From contig NC_015067.1 in the NCBI RefSeq assembly GCF_000196555.1, forward strand, positions 1,020,001-1,052,000: a DNA stretch of 32,000 nt, given 5' to 3'. Source of the stretch: Bifidobacterium longum subsp. longum JCM 1217 (GTDB lineage Bacteria; Actinomycetota; Actinomycetes; Actinomycetales; Bifidobacteriaceae). The position numbers and the translations under genes were made by a program. Each line of letters starts with the position of its first letter. The stretch's first letter is position 1. The notes beneath the pieces were generated by a model, which worked only from the letters and a program-made list of their open reading frames with translations, searched no databases and had not been told where the DNA came from. Below are positions 9,105 to 18,245 of this stretch, piece by piece.

Positions 9105-9947
9105 GTGCTGAATAGGAATGAAATGACAACTTTCACCCCCACCCATGATGTGGTTACGGAAGCGACTGCGGCCGGATTCTTCCCGCCGCGCCACAACGTC
9201 GAAATCACGCAGGTTACGGAACTGACCGACCGCGTGATGCGACTGACGTTCCGCGACCCGTTCATCGCCTCCCATGCCAAGCCCGCCCAGTTCGTCAACC
9301 TGTTCACGCACGACGACTTCATGCTCATGCCGCGTCCGTTCGGCGTCAGCGAAGTCGACGGCGACGAAGTCAGCGTGATCTTCGCCGTCGTGGGACACGG
9401 CACCGAACAGTTGGCAGGACTGCAGGCCGGCGACACCGTCGACGTGCTCGGCCCGCTCGGCCGCGGCTTCAACCTCAAGGAAGACGCCAACTACATTCTT
9501 GTCGGCGGCGGACTCGGCGTGCCCCCGCTAATCTACGCCGCGCAAAAGCTCGCCGAACACGACGCCTCCTTTGCCACCGCCATATTCGGTTACCGCAACG
9601 ACCACTTCGCCGAGGAATACGTCTCCCGGTACGCGGACTGGTCGTGGAGCATCGACGACGCCGAAGGCAACGTGGTCGACCTGCTCAACAAACTGGAACA
9701 AGGCGACGACCTGAAGGCCTACGATCGCAAGCCGATCATTCTGTCCTGCGGACCGCTGCCTATGATGAAGGCCGTGGCCGACTGGGCCGCCGAACGCGGC
9801 ATCCCCGCGCAGCTGAGCATGGAACAGCGCATGGGCTGCGGCTATGGCACCTGCGTGCTGTGCACCATCGACACCGTGGACGGCCGCCTCAAGGTCTGCT
9901 CCGACGGACCCGTGTTCACCCGCGAACAGCTCGGATGGGGGAAGTGA
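9105..9947 (+). CDS. pyrK: Dihydroorotate dehydrogenase (class 1B) electron-transfer subunit, 280 aa
   Basis: FAD/NAD-binding ferredoxin-reductase fold (RPFGVS, GPLG, VGGGLGVPP) and a C-terminal 2Fe-2S cluster CGYGTCVLC...C. GTG start is supported by the GGGGGAG SD. Confidence 0.9.
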   Translation: MLNRNEMTTFTPTHDVVTEATAAGFFPPRHNVEITQVTELTDRVMRLTFRDPFIASHAKPAQFVNLFTHDDFMLMPRPFGVSEVDGDEVSVIFAVVGHGTEQLAGLQAGDTVDVLGPLGRGFNLKEDANYILVGGGLGVPPLIYAAQKLAEHDASFATAIFGYRNDHFAEEYVSRYADWSWSIDDAEGNVVDLLNKLEQGDDLKAYDRKPIILSCGPLPMMKAVADWAAERGIPAQLSMEQRMGCGYGTCVLCTIDTVDGRLKVCSDGPVFTREQLGWGK

Positions 9948-9949
9948 CG

Positions 9950-10921
9950 ATGAGCGCAAACAACCAGTCCGCGCAGGGCGGCGACAACCACATCAACCTG
10001 TACGAGCCCCACGTGTGGAAGCACCACACCAAGGTGGCCGGTCTGGAATGGAAGAATCCGGTCGGCACCGCCTCCGGCACCTTCCAGTACGCCGCCGTCC
10101 GCTGGTTCTACGACGTCAGCCAGCTCGGCGCCGTATGCACCAAGGGCGCCTCGCCCGTACCGTGGGAAGGCAATCCCTCGCCGCGCACCGCCGAATCGCC
10201 GGCCGCGAACATCAACGCCGTGGGCCTGCAGAATCCCGGCATCGACCATTACTTGGCCGAGGACCTGCCCAAGCTCAAGGCCGCGGGCGCGTTCGTCATC
10301 TCCAATGTCGCCGGACATTGCGATGACGATTACGCGGCGGTCGTGGAAAAGCTCGCCGACTCCGACGCGGACATGCTGGAAATCAACGTCAGCTGCCCGA
10401 ACGTTTCCGCCGGCGGCATGAGCGTGGGCACCGACCCGGTGGCCCTCGCCAATCTTATGGACCGGCTGCGCCCGATGACCGACAAGCCGATGATCGTCAA
10501 ACTCACGCCGAACGTCACCGACATCACCGTGCCGGCGCGCGCGGCCGTGGAACATGGCGCCGACGCGTTGAGCATGATCAACACGCTCAAAGGCATGCGC
10601 ATTAACATTCGCACCGGCAAGCCGATCATCGCCAACGTCACCGGCGGCGTATCCGGCCCGGCCGTGCTGCCGGTCGGCCTGGCAGCCGTCTATCGGGTGC
10701 GCACCGCACTGCCGGAGATTCCGATCATCGGCCTCGGCGGCATCGACAGCGGCGAGAAGGCGCTCGAATACCTGTACGCCGGCGCGAACGCCGTCGAAGT
10801 GGGTGCGGCCGCGCTCTTCGACCCGGTGGCCCCGCTGCGCGTCGCCCGCGAACTCGACGACCTGTTGGACAGCCGTCCCGAACTCGCTGCTAAACTGGCC
10901 GCAGGACAGACTTGGAGGTAA
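9950..10921 (+). CDS. pyrD: Dihydroorotate dehydrogenase class 1B catalytic subunit, 323 aa
   Basis: MSANNQ... with [20 protein letters not shown] (catalytic Cys) and GGVSGPA motifs. The ATG lies 3 nt after the pyrK stop. The ORF-track start at 9644 is an extension inside pyrK. Confidence 0.92.
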   Translation: MSANNQSAQGGDNHINLYEPHVWKHHTKVAGLEWKNPVGTASGTFQYAAVRWFYDVSQLGAVCTKGASPVPWEGNPSPRTAESPAANINAVGLQNPGIDHYLAEDLPKLKAAGAFVISNVAGHCDDDYAAVVEKLADSDADMLEINVSCPNVSAGGMSVGTDPVALANLMDRLRPMTDKPMIVKLTPNVTDITVPARAAVEHGADALSMINTLKGMRINIRTGKPIIANVTGGVSGPAVLPVGLAAVYRVRTALPEIPIIGLGGIDSGEKALEYLYAGANAVEVGAAALFDPVAPLRVARELDDLLDSRPELAAKLAAGQTWR

Positions 10922-10929
10922 GGAACATC

Positions 10930-11625
10930 ATGGCAGAAACACTCGCACATCGCTTCACTGAATTCCTGTTGGAATCCAACGCGCTGAAGTTCGGCGACTT
11001 CACGCTGAAGTCCGGCCGCAAGAGCCCGTACTTCATCAACGCCGGCGCCTTCGACGACGGCAAGAAGATCGCCGCGCTCGGCGCGTTCTACGCCGAAAAG
11101 ATTAGCCAGGCCATCGTGCACAACACGATTCCCCGCAACATCGACACCGTGTTCGGTCCCGCCTACAAGGGCATTCCGCTGGCCGTGTCCACCGCGATCG
11201 CGCTGACCGCCGGCCACAACATGACCGTCGGATACACCTTCGACCGCAAGGAGAAGAAGGACCACGGCGACGGCGGCTGGATGGTTGGCACCCCGCTGAC
11301 CGACGGCATGAAGGTGCTGCTCGTGGACGACGTGATGACCGCCGGCACCGCCGTGCGCGAAGTCATCCCCAAACTCAAGGCCGAGGCGAACGTCGAGGTC
11401 GTGGGTCTCGTGCTCTCCGTGGACCGCATGGAGAAGACCAAGGACTCCGACATGTCCGCCGTGAAGGCCGTGGAAGCCGAATTCGGCTTCCCGGTGCTCT
11501 CCATCGCCAACGTGCGCGAGATCTTCGACGCCGCCGCCAAGATGAAGAACCCCGACGGCACCCCGCTGCTCAGCCACGACATCCAGCAGCGCGCCGCCGC
11601 CTACCTTGAGGAATACGGCGCCTGA
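10930..11625 (+). CDS. pyrE: Orotate phosphoribosyltransferase, 231 aa
   Basis: [15 protein letters not shown] and the PRPP-binding loop [26 protein letters not shown] lies upstream of ATG 10930. The track start at 10912 lies within the SD. Confidence 0.92.
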   Translation: MAETLAHRFTEFLLESNALKFGDFTLKSGRKSPYFINAGAFDDGKKIAALGAFYAEKISQAIVHNTIPRNIDTVFGPAYKGIPLAVSTAIALTAGHNMTVGYTFDRKEKKDHGDGGWMVGTPLTDGMKVLLVDDVMTAGTAVREVIPKLKAEANVEVVGLVLSVDRMEKTKDSDMSAVKAVEAEFGFPVLSIANVREIFDAAAKMKNPDGTPLLSHDIQQRAAAYLEEYGA

Positions 11626-11645
11626 TCGTCTTCAATCTAAAAACC

Positions 11646-11677
11646 AAAAGCGGGCTTGCGAGCCCGCTTTTTTTATT
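11646..11677 (+). terminator. Rho-independent terminator of the pyr operon
   Basis: AAAGCGGGCT-TGCG-AGCCCGCTTT followed by a T7 run. The A-tract upstream makes it potentially bidirectional. Confidence 0.85.
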
Positions 11678-11733
11678 ACGTTCCATGAACAGCAGCACCA
11701 TATTAAGGCAAAAGCTTTGGTAAGGAGCGTGCT

Positions 11734-11886
11734 ATGAACTGGTTAGTTGATATAGGGCTGTTTGCGCTCGTGGGGATATGCAGTTACTTCGGCATCGAGC
11801 ATCATCTGGACAGCAAAGCGAACAAGTTGTCGCAAGGTAATGAAGAAGACCGCCGAGATGCTGATGCCCAAGTAGAAGCAGCATGA
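11734..11886 (+). CDS. Possible 50-aa small membrane protein (MNWLVDIGLFALVGICSYFGI... then an acidic/basic tail)
   Basis: AAGGAG SD lies 6 nt upstream of the ATG, and the N-terminus is hydrophobic. It sits in an AT-richer patch. By my hand count third-position GC is only about 50%, so coding status is uncertain. It is below the ORF-track length cutoff. Confidence 0.3.
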   Translation: MNWLVDIGLFALVGICSYFGIEHHLDSKANKLSQGNEEDRRDADAQVEAA

Positions 11887-11942
11887 AAATGGCGGAATGA
11901 CGTTGGGGTGACGCCGCTCATACTCGGGATATGACGGATGAA

Positions 11943-12008
11943 CAGCCTCTTGAAACGGAGATAAATGTCTCCAGAAGGCCAAATCAGCTCCCTTGAAAGC
12001 GAGATAGG
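11943..12008 (+). repeat. Two-unit copy (42-nt period) of the dispersed repeat with core CAGC(C/T)CCTTGAAA(C)GGAGATA
   Basis: Unit a is 11943-11963 and unit b is 11983-12008. The 66 nt align with 26253-26317 at roughly four-fifths identity by hand alignment, with the same 42-nt spacing. Confidence 0.65.
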
Positions 12009-12100
12009 GTTCTAAACTCTGGGACCGACTCGCCTGTGATGAAAACCCGCTCGGCGTAGAATTACCGTAGGTTCGTTGCATTCGAACAAGGAAGGCCGCT

Positions 12101-13222
12101 ATGGGGAACATCACCGACGATATTCGGCAACATTTCGACACTTTCGCCGAACTGCCGTTCACCGAGGCGGATAGCCTCGCTTTGTCCCAGTTGGCCTATG
12201 CTCGCATGCCGGATAACGTGCCGCGCTATCACGAGAATGCAGAGACCGCCGACGGCATGATCGCCACGGTTCCGATTCACGATTTGCTGCGTGCCGAATG
12301 CTATGACGACATGTTCGGCAAGGTGTGGTCGCCTTCGATGAATGTCGATCTGTTACGTGCGATGAGCGAGAGCCCACGTTGGAGGAACCTACGCGTGGGC
12401 GCATACGTGGACGAATTCGATGCCGAAACCACCAAGCAGTTCTCGGCCTGCGTGTTCGAACTGGGTAACGGCACGCTCTATGTGGCTTTTCGCGGTACCG
12501 ACAGCTCAATCGTCGGGTGGAAAGAGGACTTCATGATGGCGTTCCGCCGCCCGGTCGCCTCGCAGGAGGCCGCCGCGCGTTATCTGACCGAGCTGGCTGG
12601 CCATTGGGCCGGGCCGATTATGGTCGGCGGCCATTCCAAAGGCGGCAATCTGGCGGTGTATGCGGCGGCCAATGTGCCTAGCGAGATTCAGGAACGTATC
12701 ACGGTCGTATATTCGCACGATGGGCCTGGATTCGATGAGGCGTTCTTCGATGAGGACGGGTACGTACGCATTGCGTCGAAGATTCATAAATCGGTACCGG
12801 GCTCGTCGATCATCGGCATGCTGTTTGAGACTCGTGAGCATGTGGAAGACGGCTATACGGTGGTCAGCAGCGACGGTGCCAGCATCATGCAGCATTTCGC
12901 ATTGCACTGGCAAGTCGATCATGGCCAATTCGTACAGGCTGATGGACTGACAAGTAGCGCGCAATACCTGGCACGCACGATCAACGGATGGATGGCAAAA
13001 TACGACGACGAGCATCGCCGCAAGTTCATCGAAAACCTGTTTGCCATCTTCGAGGCTGGCGGATACGACACATTCGGCGACCTCACTTCGCATTTGACAC
13101 AGTCACTGCCGATTATGCTCGCCGCGGCCCGCAACATTGATGTCGAAGATCGCGACGTGATGATTGAAGTGCTCAAAGGCTTCGCCGCGACAGCCGCCGC
13201 GTCGGTAATCTTGGCCAAGTAG
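12101..13222 (+). CDS. DUF2974/Mbeg1-like alpha/beta hydrolase (lipase class 3-like), 373 aa
   Basis: LYVAFRGTDSSIVGWKEDF followed by the nucleophile elbow GGHSKGGNLA. AAGGAAGG SD lies 5 nt upstream of the ATG. Confidence 0.85.
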   Translation: MGNITDDIRQHFDTFAELPFTEADSLALSQLAYARMPDNVPRYHENAETADGMIATVPIHDLLRAECYDDMFGKVWSPSMNVDLLRAMSESPRWRNLRVGAYVDEFDAETTKQFSACVFELGNGTLYVAFRGTDSSIVGWKEDFMMAFRRPVASQEAAARYLTELAGHWAGPIMVGGHSKGGNLAVYAAANVPSEIQERITVVYSHDGPGFDEAFFDEDGYVRIASKIHKSVPGSSIIGMLFETREHVEDGYTVVSSDGASIMQHFALHWQVDHGQFVQADGLTSSAQYLARTINGWMAKYDDEHRRKFIENLFAIFEAGGYDTFGDLTSHLTQSLPIMLAAARNIDVEDRDVMIEVLKGFAATAAASVILAK

Positions 13223-13270
13223 TCGGAGGCCATCAAACTGGTTTTGCCAGTCAGTCTCAATAGCGCAAAA

Positions 13271-13299
13271 GCCGGCCCCTGAGATACTCAGGAGCCGGC
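13271..13299. terminator. Bidirectional terminator hairpin between the convergent DUF2974 and LysR genes
   Basis: GCCGGCCCCTGAG-ATA-CTCAGGAGCCGGC (13-bp stem, one mismatch). On the minus strand it is followed by TTTT. Confidence 0.7.
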
Positions 13300-13376
13300 C
13301 CTTACTTCCATTTCCCCAGCGGGGTTGGCTTAATCGCAGTATATCTCACTGCTGACCATGCCTGTTTTACTTACTC

Positions 13377-14300
13377 CTAATCAATGAGCTTGTAGCCGTG
13401 GTCGGAGACTACGGACTTGAGCTTGTCGAGATAGGTTTCGGCGGCCTTGGAGAGCTTGGAACGCTCGTTCGTGATCCAGCCGACCAACATCGTTTCGTCG
13501 GTGTCGAGCGGCACGGTGACGATCTTCTCGTTGTTGAGGTCGCCGTTGTCGATGCCGGTGCACACCGTGTAGCCGTTGAGGCCGATGATGAAGTTCAGGA
13601 TCGTGGCGCGGTCGGTCACGTTGATCTGCTTGGGGGAGTACTCCGGCCAGACCGCTTCCTCATAGAAGTAGAACGAGCCTTCCTCGCCCTGCTCGTACTG
13701 GATGAACGGATAAGGTTTCAGGTCCTCCATGGTGATGACCTTCTTGGCGGCCAGCGGGTTGTTGCGCGAGATGAACACGTGCAGCGGCGCGCGGAAGAGC
13801 GGGTGGAATTCGAGGTGCTTCTCGCGCAGGAGCTTGCCGATCACGTCCTTGTTAAAATCGGACAGGTAGATGATGCCGATTTCGGACTGCATGTTGGCGA
13901 CCTGGTTGATGATGTCGCGCGTGCGGGTCTCGCGGATGGTGAACTCGTATTCGTCGGACTTGATGGAGTTGATCATCTCCACGAACGCCTCGACGGCGAA
14001 CATGTAGTGCTGGGTGGAGACCTGGCACAGCTGCTTGCGCGGTTTGGCATGCTTATAGCGCTCTTCGAGCAGGTCGGCCTGGTCGAGCACTTGGCGGGCG
14101 TAGGTCAGGAATTCCGCGCCGTCCACGGTCAGGGCGATGCCCTGCGAGGAGCGGGTGAAGATCTCGATGCCCAGCTCGTTCTCCAATTCCTTGACCGACG
14201 AGCTCAGGGCCGGCTGGGAGACGTACAGGGCATGGGAGGCCTCGTTCATCGAGCCGCACTCGACGATTTTGACGATGTATTTCAGCTGCAGCAGTGTCAT
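13377..14300 (-). CDS. LysR-family transcriptional regulator, 307 aa
   Basis: N-terminal winged HTH (MTLLQLKYIVKIVECGSMNEASHALYVSQPALSSSVKELENELGIEIF) plus a LysR substrate-binding domain. Confidence 0.9.
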   Translation of the reverse strand: MTLLQLKYIVKIVECGSMNEASHALYVSQPALSSSVKELENELGIEIFTRSSQGIALTVDGAEFLTYARQVLDQADLLEERYKHAKPRKQLCQVSTQHYMFAVEAFVEMINSIKSDEYEFTIRETRTRDIINQVANMQSEIGIIYLSDFNKDVIGKLLREKHLEFHPLFRAPLHVFISRNNPLAAKKVITMEDLKPYPFIQYEQGEEGSFYFYEEAVWPEYSPKQINVTDRATILNFIIGLNGYTVCTGIDNGDLNNEKIVTVPLDTDETMLVGWITNERSKLSKAAETYLDKLKSVVSDHGYKLID

Positions 14301-14308
14301 AAAGTCTA

Positions 14309-14314
14309 TTTATA
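14309..14314 (-). promoter_or_regulatory. Candidate -10 box (TATAAA on the minus strand), 8 nt upstream of the LysR ATG. Implies a leaderless or near-leaderless mRNA.
   Basis: Minus strand reads GCGATATAAATAGACTTT-ATG. There is no SD-like sequence between the box and the ATG. Confidence 0.3.
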
Positions 14315-14401
14315 TCGCTAGGGATAGTCGCCACACGGCCGGTCACCGTCGTCAAGGACGGGTCCATAGACTTCAACTGCCGCGATGCAACGTTTGGCGA
14401 C

Positions 14402-15031
14402 TTACAGACGTACGCCGAGTTCTGCGAGCGATTCGCGTGCCTGCAACGCGTTCTCGAAGAGGATGCCGTGGATGCCGACCTCGTTGGCGCCGACGATGTT
14501 CTTGGCGGTGTCGTCGAAGAACACGCAGCGCTCGGCCGTGAGGCCGAAACGGGTCAGGGCCAGCTCGTAGATGTCGGCGTTCGGCTTATGCATCTTCTCC
14601 ACGCCGGAGACCACGGTGCCCTGCAACAGCTGTTCAAGGCGCGGGTACTTCTCGAAGGCCAGGTGGAAGGTCTCATGCGACCAGTTGGTCAGACCCCATA
14701 CGCCGTAGCCGTGGGCCTTCAAATCCGCCAGCAGCTCGACCATGCCCGGAAGCGTGCGGGGCAGCGCGTCCGCGTAGTGGCCGATGTAGAACTTGAAGAT
14801 GTCGGCGAGTTCCTGGCCTTGTTCGCGTACCACATCCGGGTAGATGTCCGCGAAATCCTCGCCGGTGTCCATGCGGTCCTCGTAGCGGAAGAAGCCGCAG
14901 GGGTCGTCGTCGGCGCAGATGCGTTCCACGATCTCATCGGGGAATCGGCCTTCCAGGCATGCGCGGGTGTTCCAGTCCAGCAGCACGCCGCAGAAGTCGA
15001 AAATCACGTCGGTGATGGGGGAGTTGGCCAT
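14402..15031 (-). CDS. HAD-superfamily phosphatase (subfamily IA, YihX-like), 209 aa
   Basis: Motif I VIFDFCGVLLDW, motif IV VFFDDTAKN. AAGGAG lies 4 nt upstream of the ATG at 15031. The longer ORF-track version (to 15136) runs through the nnr terminator hairpin. Confidence 0.85.
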   Translation of the reverse strand: MANSPITDVIFDFCGVLLDWNTRACLEGRFPDEIVERICADDDPCGFFRYEDRMDTGEDFADIYPDVVREQGQELADIFKFYIGHYADALPRTLPGMVELLADLKAHGYGVWGLTNWSHETFHLAFEKYPRLEQLLQGTVVSGVEKMHKPNADIYELALTRFGLTAERCVFFDDTAKNIVGANEVGIHGILFENALQARESLAELGVRL

Positions 15032-15092
15032 GATGCTCCTTGTGTTGTTGGGGCCGTTGAGTGGGGTCTGCGATTTAGTATAGGGGGTTTCA

Positions 15093-15127
15093 TACGTTGG
15101 CTCCCCTCTCTGAGGGGAGCCAACGTA
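15093..15127 (-). terminator. Strong hairpin (14-bp stem) 6 nt downstream of the nnr stop
   Basis: TACGTTGGCTCCCC-TCTCTGA-GGGGAGCCAACGTA read directly. There is no U-tract, so it may be a terminator, attenuator or mRNA stabiliser between nnr and the HAD gene. Confidence 0.5.
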
Positions 15128-15132
15128 CGGAA

Positions 15133-16896
15133 TCATGCGATGACGTCGGCGATGGCTTCGGGGATGGCGTGGGCCACGTCGCCGGCCACAATCGGGTGGC
15201 CGAGCGTCATGAAGCGCTGGCGATGCTCGCGGCCGATCAGTTCCGGCTCCTGCCAGCCTTGTTGCTCGGATTCGGAGGCGATCGCCGCCGCCAGGCCATG
15301 CAGGTAGGCGGCCGAGGCCACGGTCTCGCCCGTGGTGGCCACGTCATCCTGCTGGGCGAGCAGGGCGCCGGTCAGACCGGCCAGCACGTCGCCCGCGCCG
15401 GCGGTGCCCAGCCAGGCCGGTGCGCTACCCGACGCATAGACGTGGTCCTCATCCACCACGATGGTCACCGCGCCCTTCAACAATACGGTGGCGCCGGTGA
15501 GCTCGTGGGCACGCTTCGCGCTGGCCAACGGGTTCAACCGCACGTCGTCGGCGGTGTACGGCTCGTGCGAATCGGCATGCTCCGCGGTGCTGGCGGCGGT
15601 TTCGAACCGGTTGAGCAGTTTCGCCATCTCGCCGGCATGCGGCGTGATCACCACCTGGCCGGGCACACGCTCCGGCAGCAGGTCGAGTGCGCCGGCATCC
15701 ACCACGATTGGCGGCATGTCGTAGGCGTCCTTGTTCTCATCCTCGCTGCCGAGCGCGTAATGCTTGAGCAATGCGGCGATGGTGTCCCGCTGCATATCGC
15801 CGTCGGTGCCCTCGACGCTAGCCTCGGGCACGCCGGACCCCACGACCCAGGACTGCACATGTCCCTTGCCGATCACGGCTTCCGGCAGTGCGGCGAGCAC
15901 CATGTTCTGCGCGCGCTCCGGGCCCAGATACCGGACCATGCCGGTGTTCGCGCGGGCGGCGGCGCTGGCGGTGAGCACGGCGGCACCGGGGTAGCGCTGC
16001 GAGCCGGTCACCAGACCAACCACGCCCCGGGAGTATTTGGAATCCTCGAACCTGGGGAGACGGACCGCGTCGGACGCGAACGAATTATCCACCACCTCGA
16101 CGTCCGGATCCTTGTCGTCGATATCGAATCCGAAATCGAGCAACTCGATACGGCCGCAGGCGAACGTGGCGGGCGGCAGCACCGCGCACGGCTTCATCGC
16201 GCCGAACGTGACCGTGACCGTGGCCGGAATGTACGGGCCGGGCAGAGAACCATCGTTCACACCGACGCCGGATGGCGTATCCACGGCAAGTACCAGCGGA
16301 AAATCGCCTGACGACTCACGGTTTGGCAGGGCGGGCTCATCGGGAGCCTCGCCGTCGAGACCAAGGGCGGAGGCGAGTGCGGCGGGGATGCCGCGTAGCG
16401 AGCCTTGGATGCCGATGCCGGTCATCGCGTCGATGATCAGATGCGATTTCCTGGCCACGGCGATGGCGGTCTGCAATCGCTCGCCGGCCTCACCGGCGGA
16501 AAACCCGGACGCGCAACCGGGAATATCAGCCGCGGGATCAAGCACCAGCACCTTGCCTCCGGCGCGCACGAATGAGGCGAATCCGGCCTCATGCAACGAC
16601 CGGCCCACGGCGATGGCGGTGACGTTCGCGCCCTCCTGGGCCAGCGCGGCGGCCGCGAACAGACCATCGCCACCATTGTCTCCGGCCCCGGCCAGCAGCA
16701 CGATCGACGTGTCCTCCAGCGCCAGATCCTCGTCGTCCAGCATACCGGCCGCCATGTGGGCCGCGGCCTGGGCGGCCATGCGCATCAGCGGCACGCCTTT
16801 GTCCAGCAGGGGTCGCTCCATGGCCCGGACCGTATCGGAGTCATAGGCGCTGTGCAGCAGCAGTTCGCGACGATCGGCGTCTTCGGTGTATTCCAT
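15133..16896 (-). CDS. nnr: Bifunctional NAD(P)H-hydrate repair enzyme (epimerase + ADP-dependent dehydratase), 587 aa
   Basis: N-terminal YjeF_N (LLAGAGDNGGDG) and a C-terminal carbohydrate-kinase-like domain (GTAGAGDVLAGLTGALLAQ). AAAGGGG SD. Confidence 0.9.
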   Translation of the reverse strand: MEYTEDADRRELLLHSAYDSDTVRAMERPLLDKGVPLMRMAAQAAAHMAAGMLDDEDLALEDTSIVLLAGAGDNGGDGLFAAAALAQEGANVTAIAVGRSLHEAGFASFVRAGGKVLVLDPAADIPGCASGFSAGEAGERLQTAIAVARKSHLIIDAMTGIGIQGSLRGIPAALASALGLDGEAPDEPALPNRESSGDFPLVLAVDTPSGVGVNDGSLPGPYIPATVTVTFGAMKPCAVLPPATFACGRIELLDFGFDIDDKDPDVEVVDNSFASDAVRLPRFEDSKYSRGVVGLVTGSQRYPGAAVLTASAAARANTGMVRYLGPERAQNMVLAALPEAVIGKGHVQSWVVGSGVPEASVEGTDGDMQRDTIAALLKHYALGSEDENKDAYDMPPIVVDAGALDLLPERVPGQVVITPHAGEMAKLLNRFETAASTAEHADSHEPYTADDVRLNPLASAKRAHELTGATVLLKGAVTIVVDEDHVYASGSAPAWLGTAGAGDVLAGLTGALLAQQDDVATTGETVASAAYLHGLAAAIASESEQQGWQEPELIGREHRQRFMTLGHPIVAGDVAHAIPEAIADVIA

Positions 16897-16935
16897 GGCA
16901 ACCCCTTTCTTGTGTTTGTTACTTGCGGTCCGTGT

Positions 16936-18126
16936 TTACAGGCCGTACACCTCGTGGGCGAACTTTTCGAACACGGGGATCGAGCGCTTGACCTTCTCCG
17001 TGTCGATGCAGTAGGCCATGCGGAAGTATCCGGGCACGCCGAAGCTGTCGGACGGCACAAGAATCAGGTCGTATTCCTTGGCCTTCATGCAGAACGCCAC
17101 GGCGTCGTCCTCCAGCGCCTTGGGGAAGATGTAGAACGTGCCGCCGGGGCGTACCACGTCGAAGCCGATGCCGGTCAGCGCATCGTAGAGCAGGTTCATG
17201 TTCGTCTCGTAGACGTTGAGATCGGCGGTCTGGTCGATGACCTTGGCCACGCCCAGCTGAATCGAGCTCGGCGGGCAGTTGTGGCCGGTGCCGCGCGAGA
17301 TCTGGCCCATCATGGGCACGAGCAGGTCGGCGTCGGTGGCTGTGGGATTCACCGCGACATAGCCGATGCGTTCGCCAGGCAGGCTCAGCGACTTCGACCA
17401 CGAGTAGCAGGTCAGCGAGTTCGCGTAGAAGCTGGCCGGGTAGGGCTGGGTGGCGCCGTCGAACACGATTTCGCGGTACGGTTCGTCGCTGATCAGGAAG
17501 ATATCGTGGCCGTATTCGACCTGCTTGGCGGTCAGGATCGCGGCCAGACGCTTGAGCGTGTCCGCTGAATACACCGCGCCGGACGGGTTGTTCGGGGTGT
17601 TGATAAGCACGACCTGCACGTTCGGGTTAAGTGCAGCCTCGAATGCGTCGAAGTTGATTTGGAAGTTCTCGGTGTCGGCCGGCACGATGGTCAGCTTGGC
17701 GCCGGCGCCCTTGACGTACGGCTGGTATTCGGGGAAGTAGGGGGCGAAGGTGATGATCTCATCGCCCGGCTTGGTCACCGCACGCATCGCGTGGGACAGC
17801 GCGCCCGCCGCGCCCGTGGTCGGGAAGATGTGGTTGCCGGTGTATGCCATGCCGAAACGTTCGTTGAGGTTTTCGGCGATCGCGTCCTTGACGGATGGGA
17901 TACCGAGCGAGGGAGAGTAGCCGTGGATGGCCACCGGATCGCCGTTTTCGTAGAGGTCGACCATGGCGTCGGTGAAGGATTTCGGAGCCGGCACCGAGGG
18001 ATTGCCAAGGCTGTAATCGAACACGTTCTGGTAGCCGATTTCGGCACCGCGGCTCGTGGCGTACTCGCTCAGCTCGCGAATCACGGACTTGCCGCCAAGC
18101 ATGGCCTTGTATTCCTCATTGATCAT
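16936..18126 (-). CDS. PLP-dependent aminotransferase, class I/II (aspartate/alanine aminotransferase-like), 396 aa
   Basis: NPSGAVY and SWSKSLSLPGERIGY (PLP lysine), and a C-terminal FRMAY motif. GAGGAG SD lies 7 nt upstream of the ATG. Confidence 0.9.
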   Translation of the reverse strand: MINEEYKAMLGGKSVIRELSEYATSRGAEIGYQNVFDYSLGNPSVPAPKSFTDAMVDLYENGDPVAIHGYSPSLGIPSVKDAIAENLNERFGMAYTGNHIFPTTGAAGALSHAMRAVTKPGDEIITFAPYFPEYQPYVKGAGAKLTIVPADTENFQINFDAFEAALNPNVQVVLINTPNNPSGAVYSADTLKRLAAILTAKQVEYGHDIFLISDEPYREIVFDGATQPYPASFYANSLTCYSWSKSLSLPGERIGYVAVNPTATDADLLVPMMGQISRGTGHNCPPSSIQLGVAKVIDQTADLNVYETNMNLLYDALTGIGFDVVRPGGTFYIFPKALEDDAVAFCMKAKEYDLILVPSDSFGVPGYFRMAYCIDTEKVKRSIPVFEKFAHEVYGL

Positions 18127-18218
18127 GGCTGTTCTCCTCGCATGGTTGTACTGGTATGCACCACGCTACTACTATCGCGGCCGGTTTGCGCCATTTGCCG
18201 CGCCGTGCCTAAGCTGGC

Positions 18219-18245
18219 TGTTCTATTTGTTCTATTTGTTCTATT
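18219..18245. repeat. Perfect tandem repeat TGTTCTATT x3
   Basis: Read directly, 93-119 nt upstream of the aminotransferase ATG, at the core/accessory boundary. Confidence 0.85.

Noticed and set aside
11743-12162. 139-aa minus-strand ORF across the pyrE/DUF2974 intergenic patch.
   Set aside because: It overlaps the well-supported start of the DUF2974 gene by 60 nt and runs through the repeat units. The translation is Ser/Arg/Cys-rich and not protein-like.
133-16311. Many long ORFs antisense to or overlapping the core genes (e.g. 133-801 -, 1698-2522 -, 2562-3647 -, 3660-4952 -, 5328-5933 -, 6532-8025 -, 7797-8741 -, 10690-11577 -, 13398-14321 +, 15097-16311 +, 16591-17568 +).
   Set aside because: These are typical high-GC shadow ORFs. 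Their translations are Arg/Ala/Gly/His-rich with no recognisable motifs. Each lies opposite to, or out of frame with, a gene that has clear family signatures and proper SD/start context.
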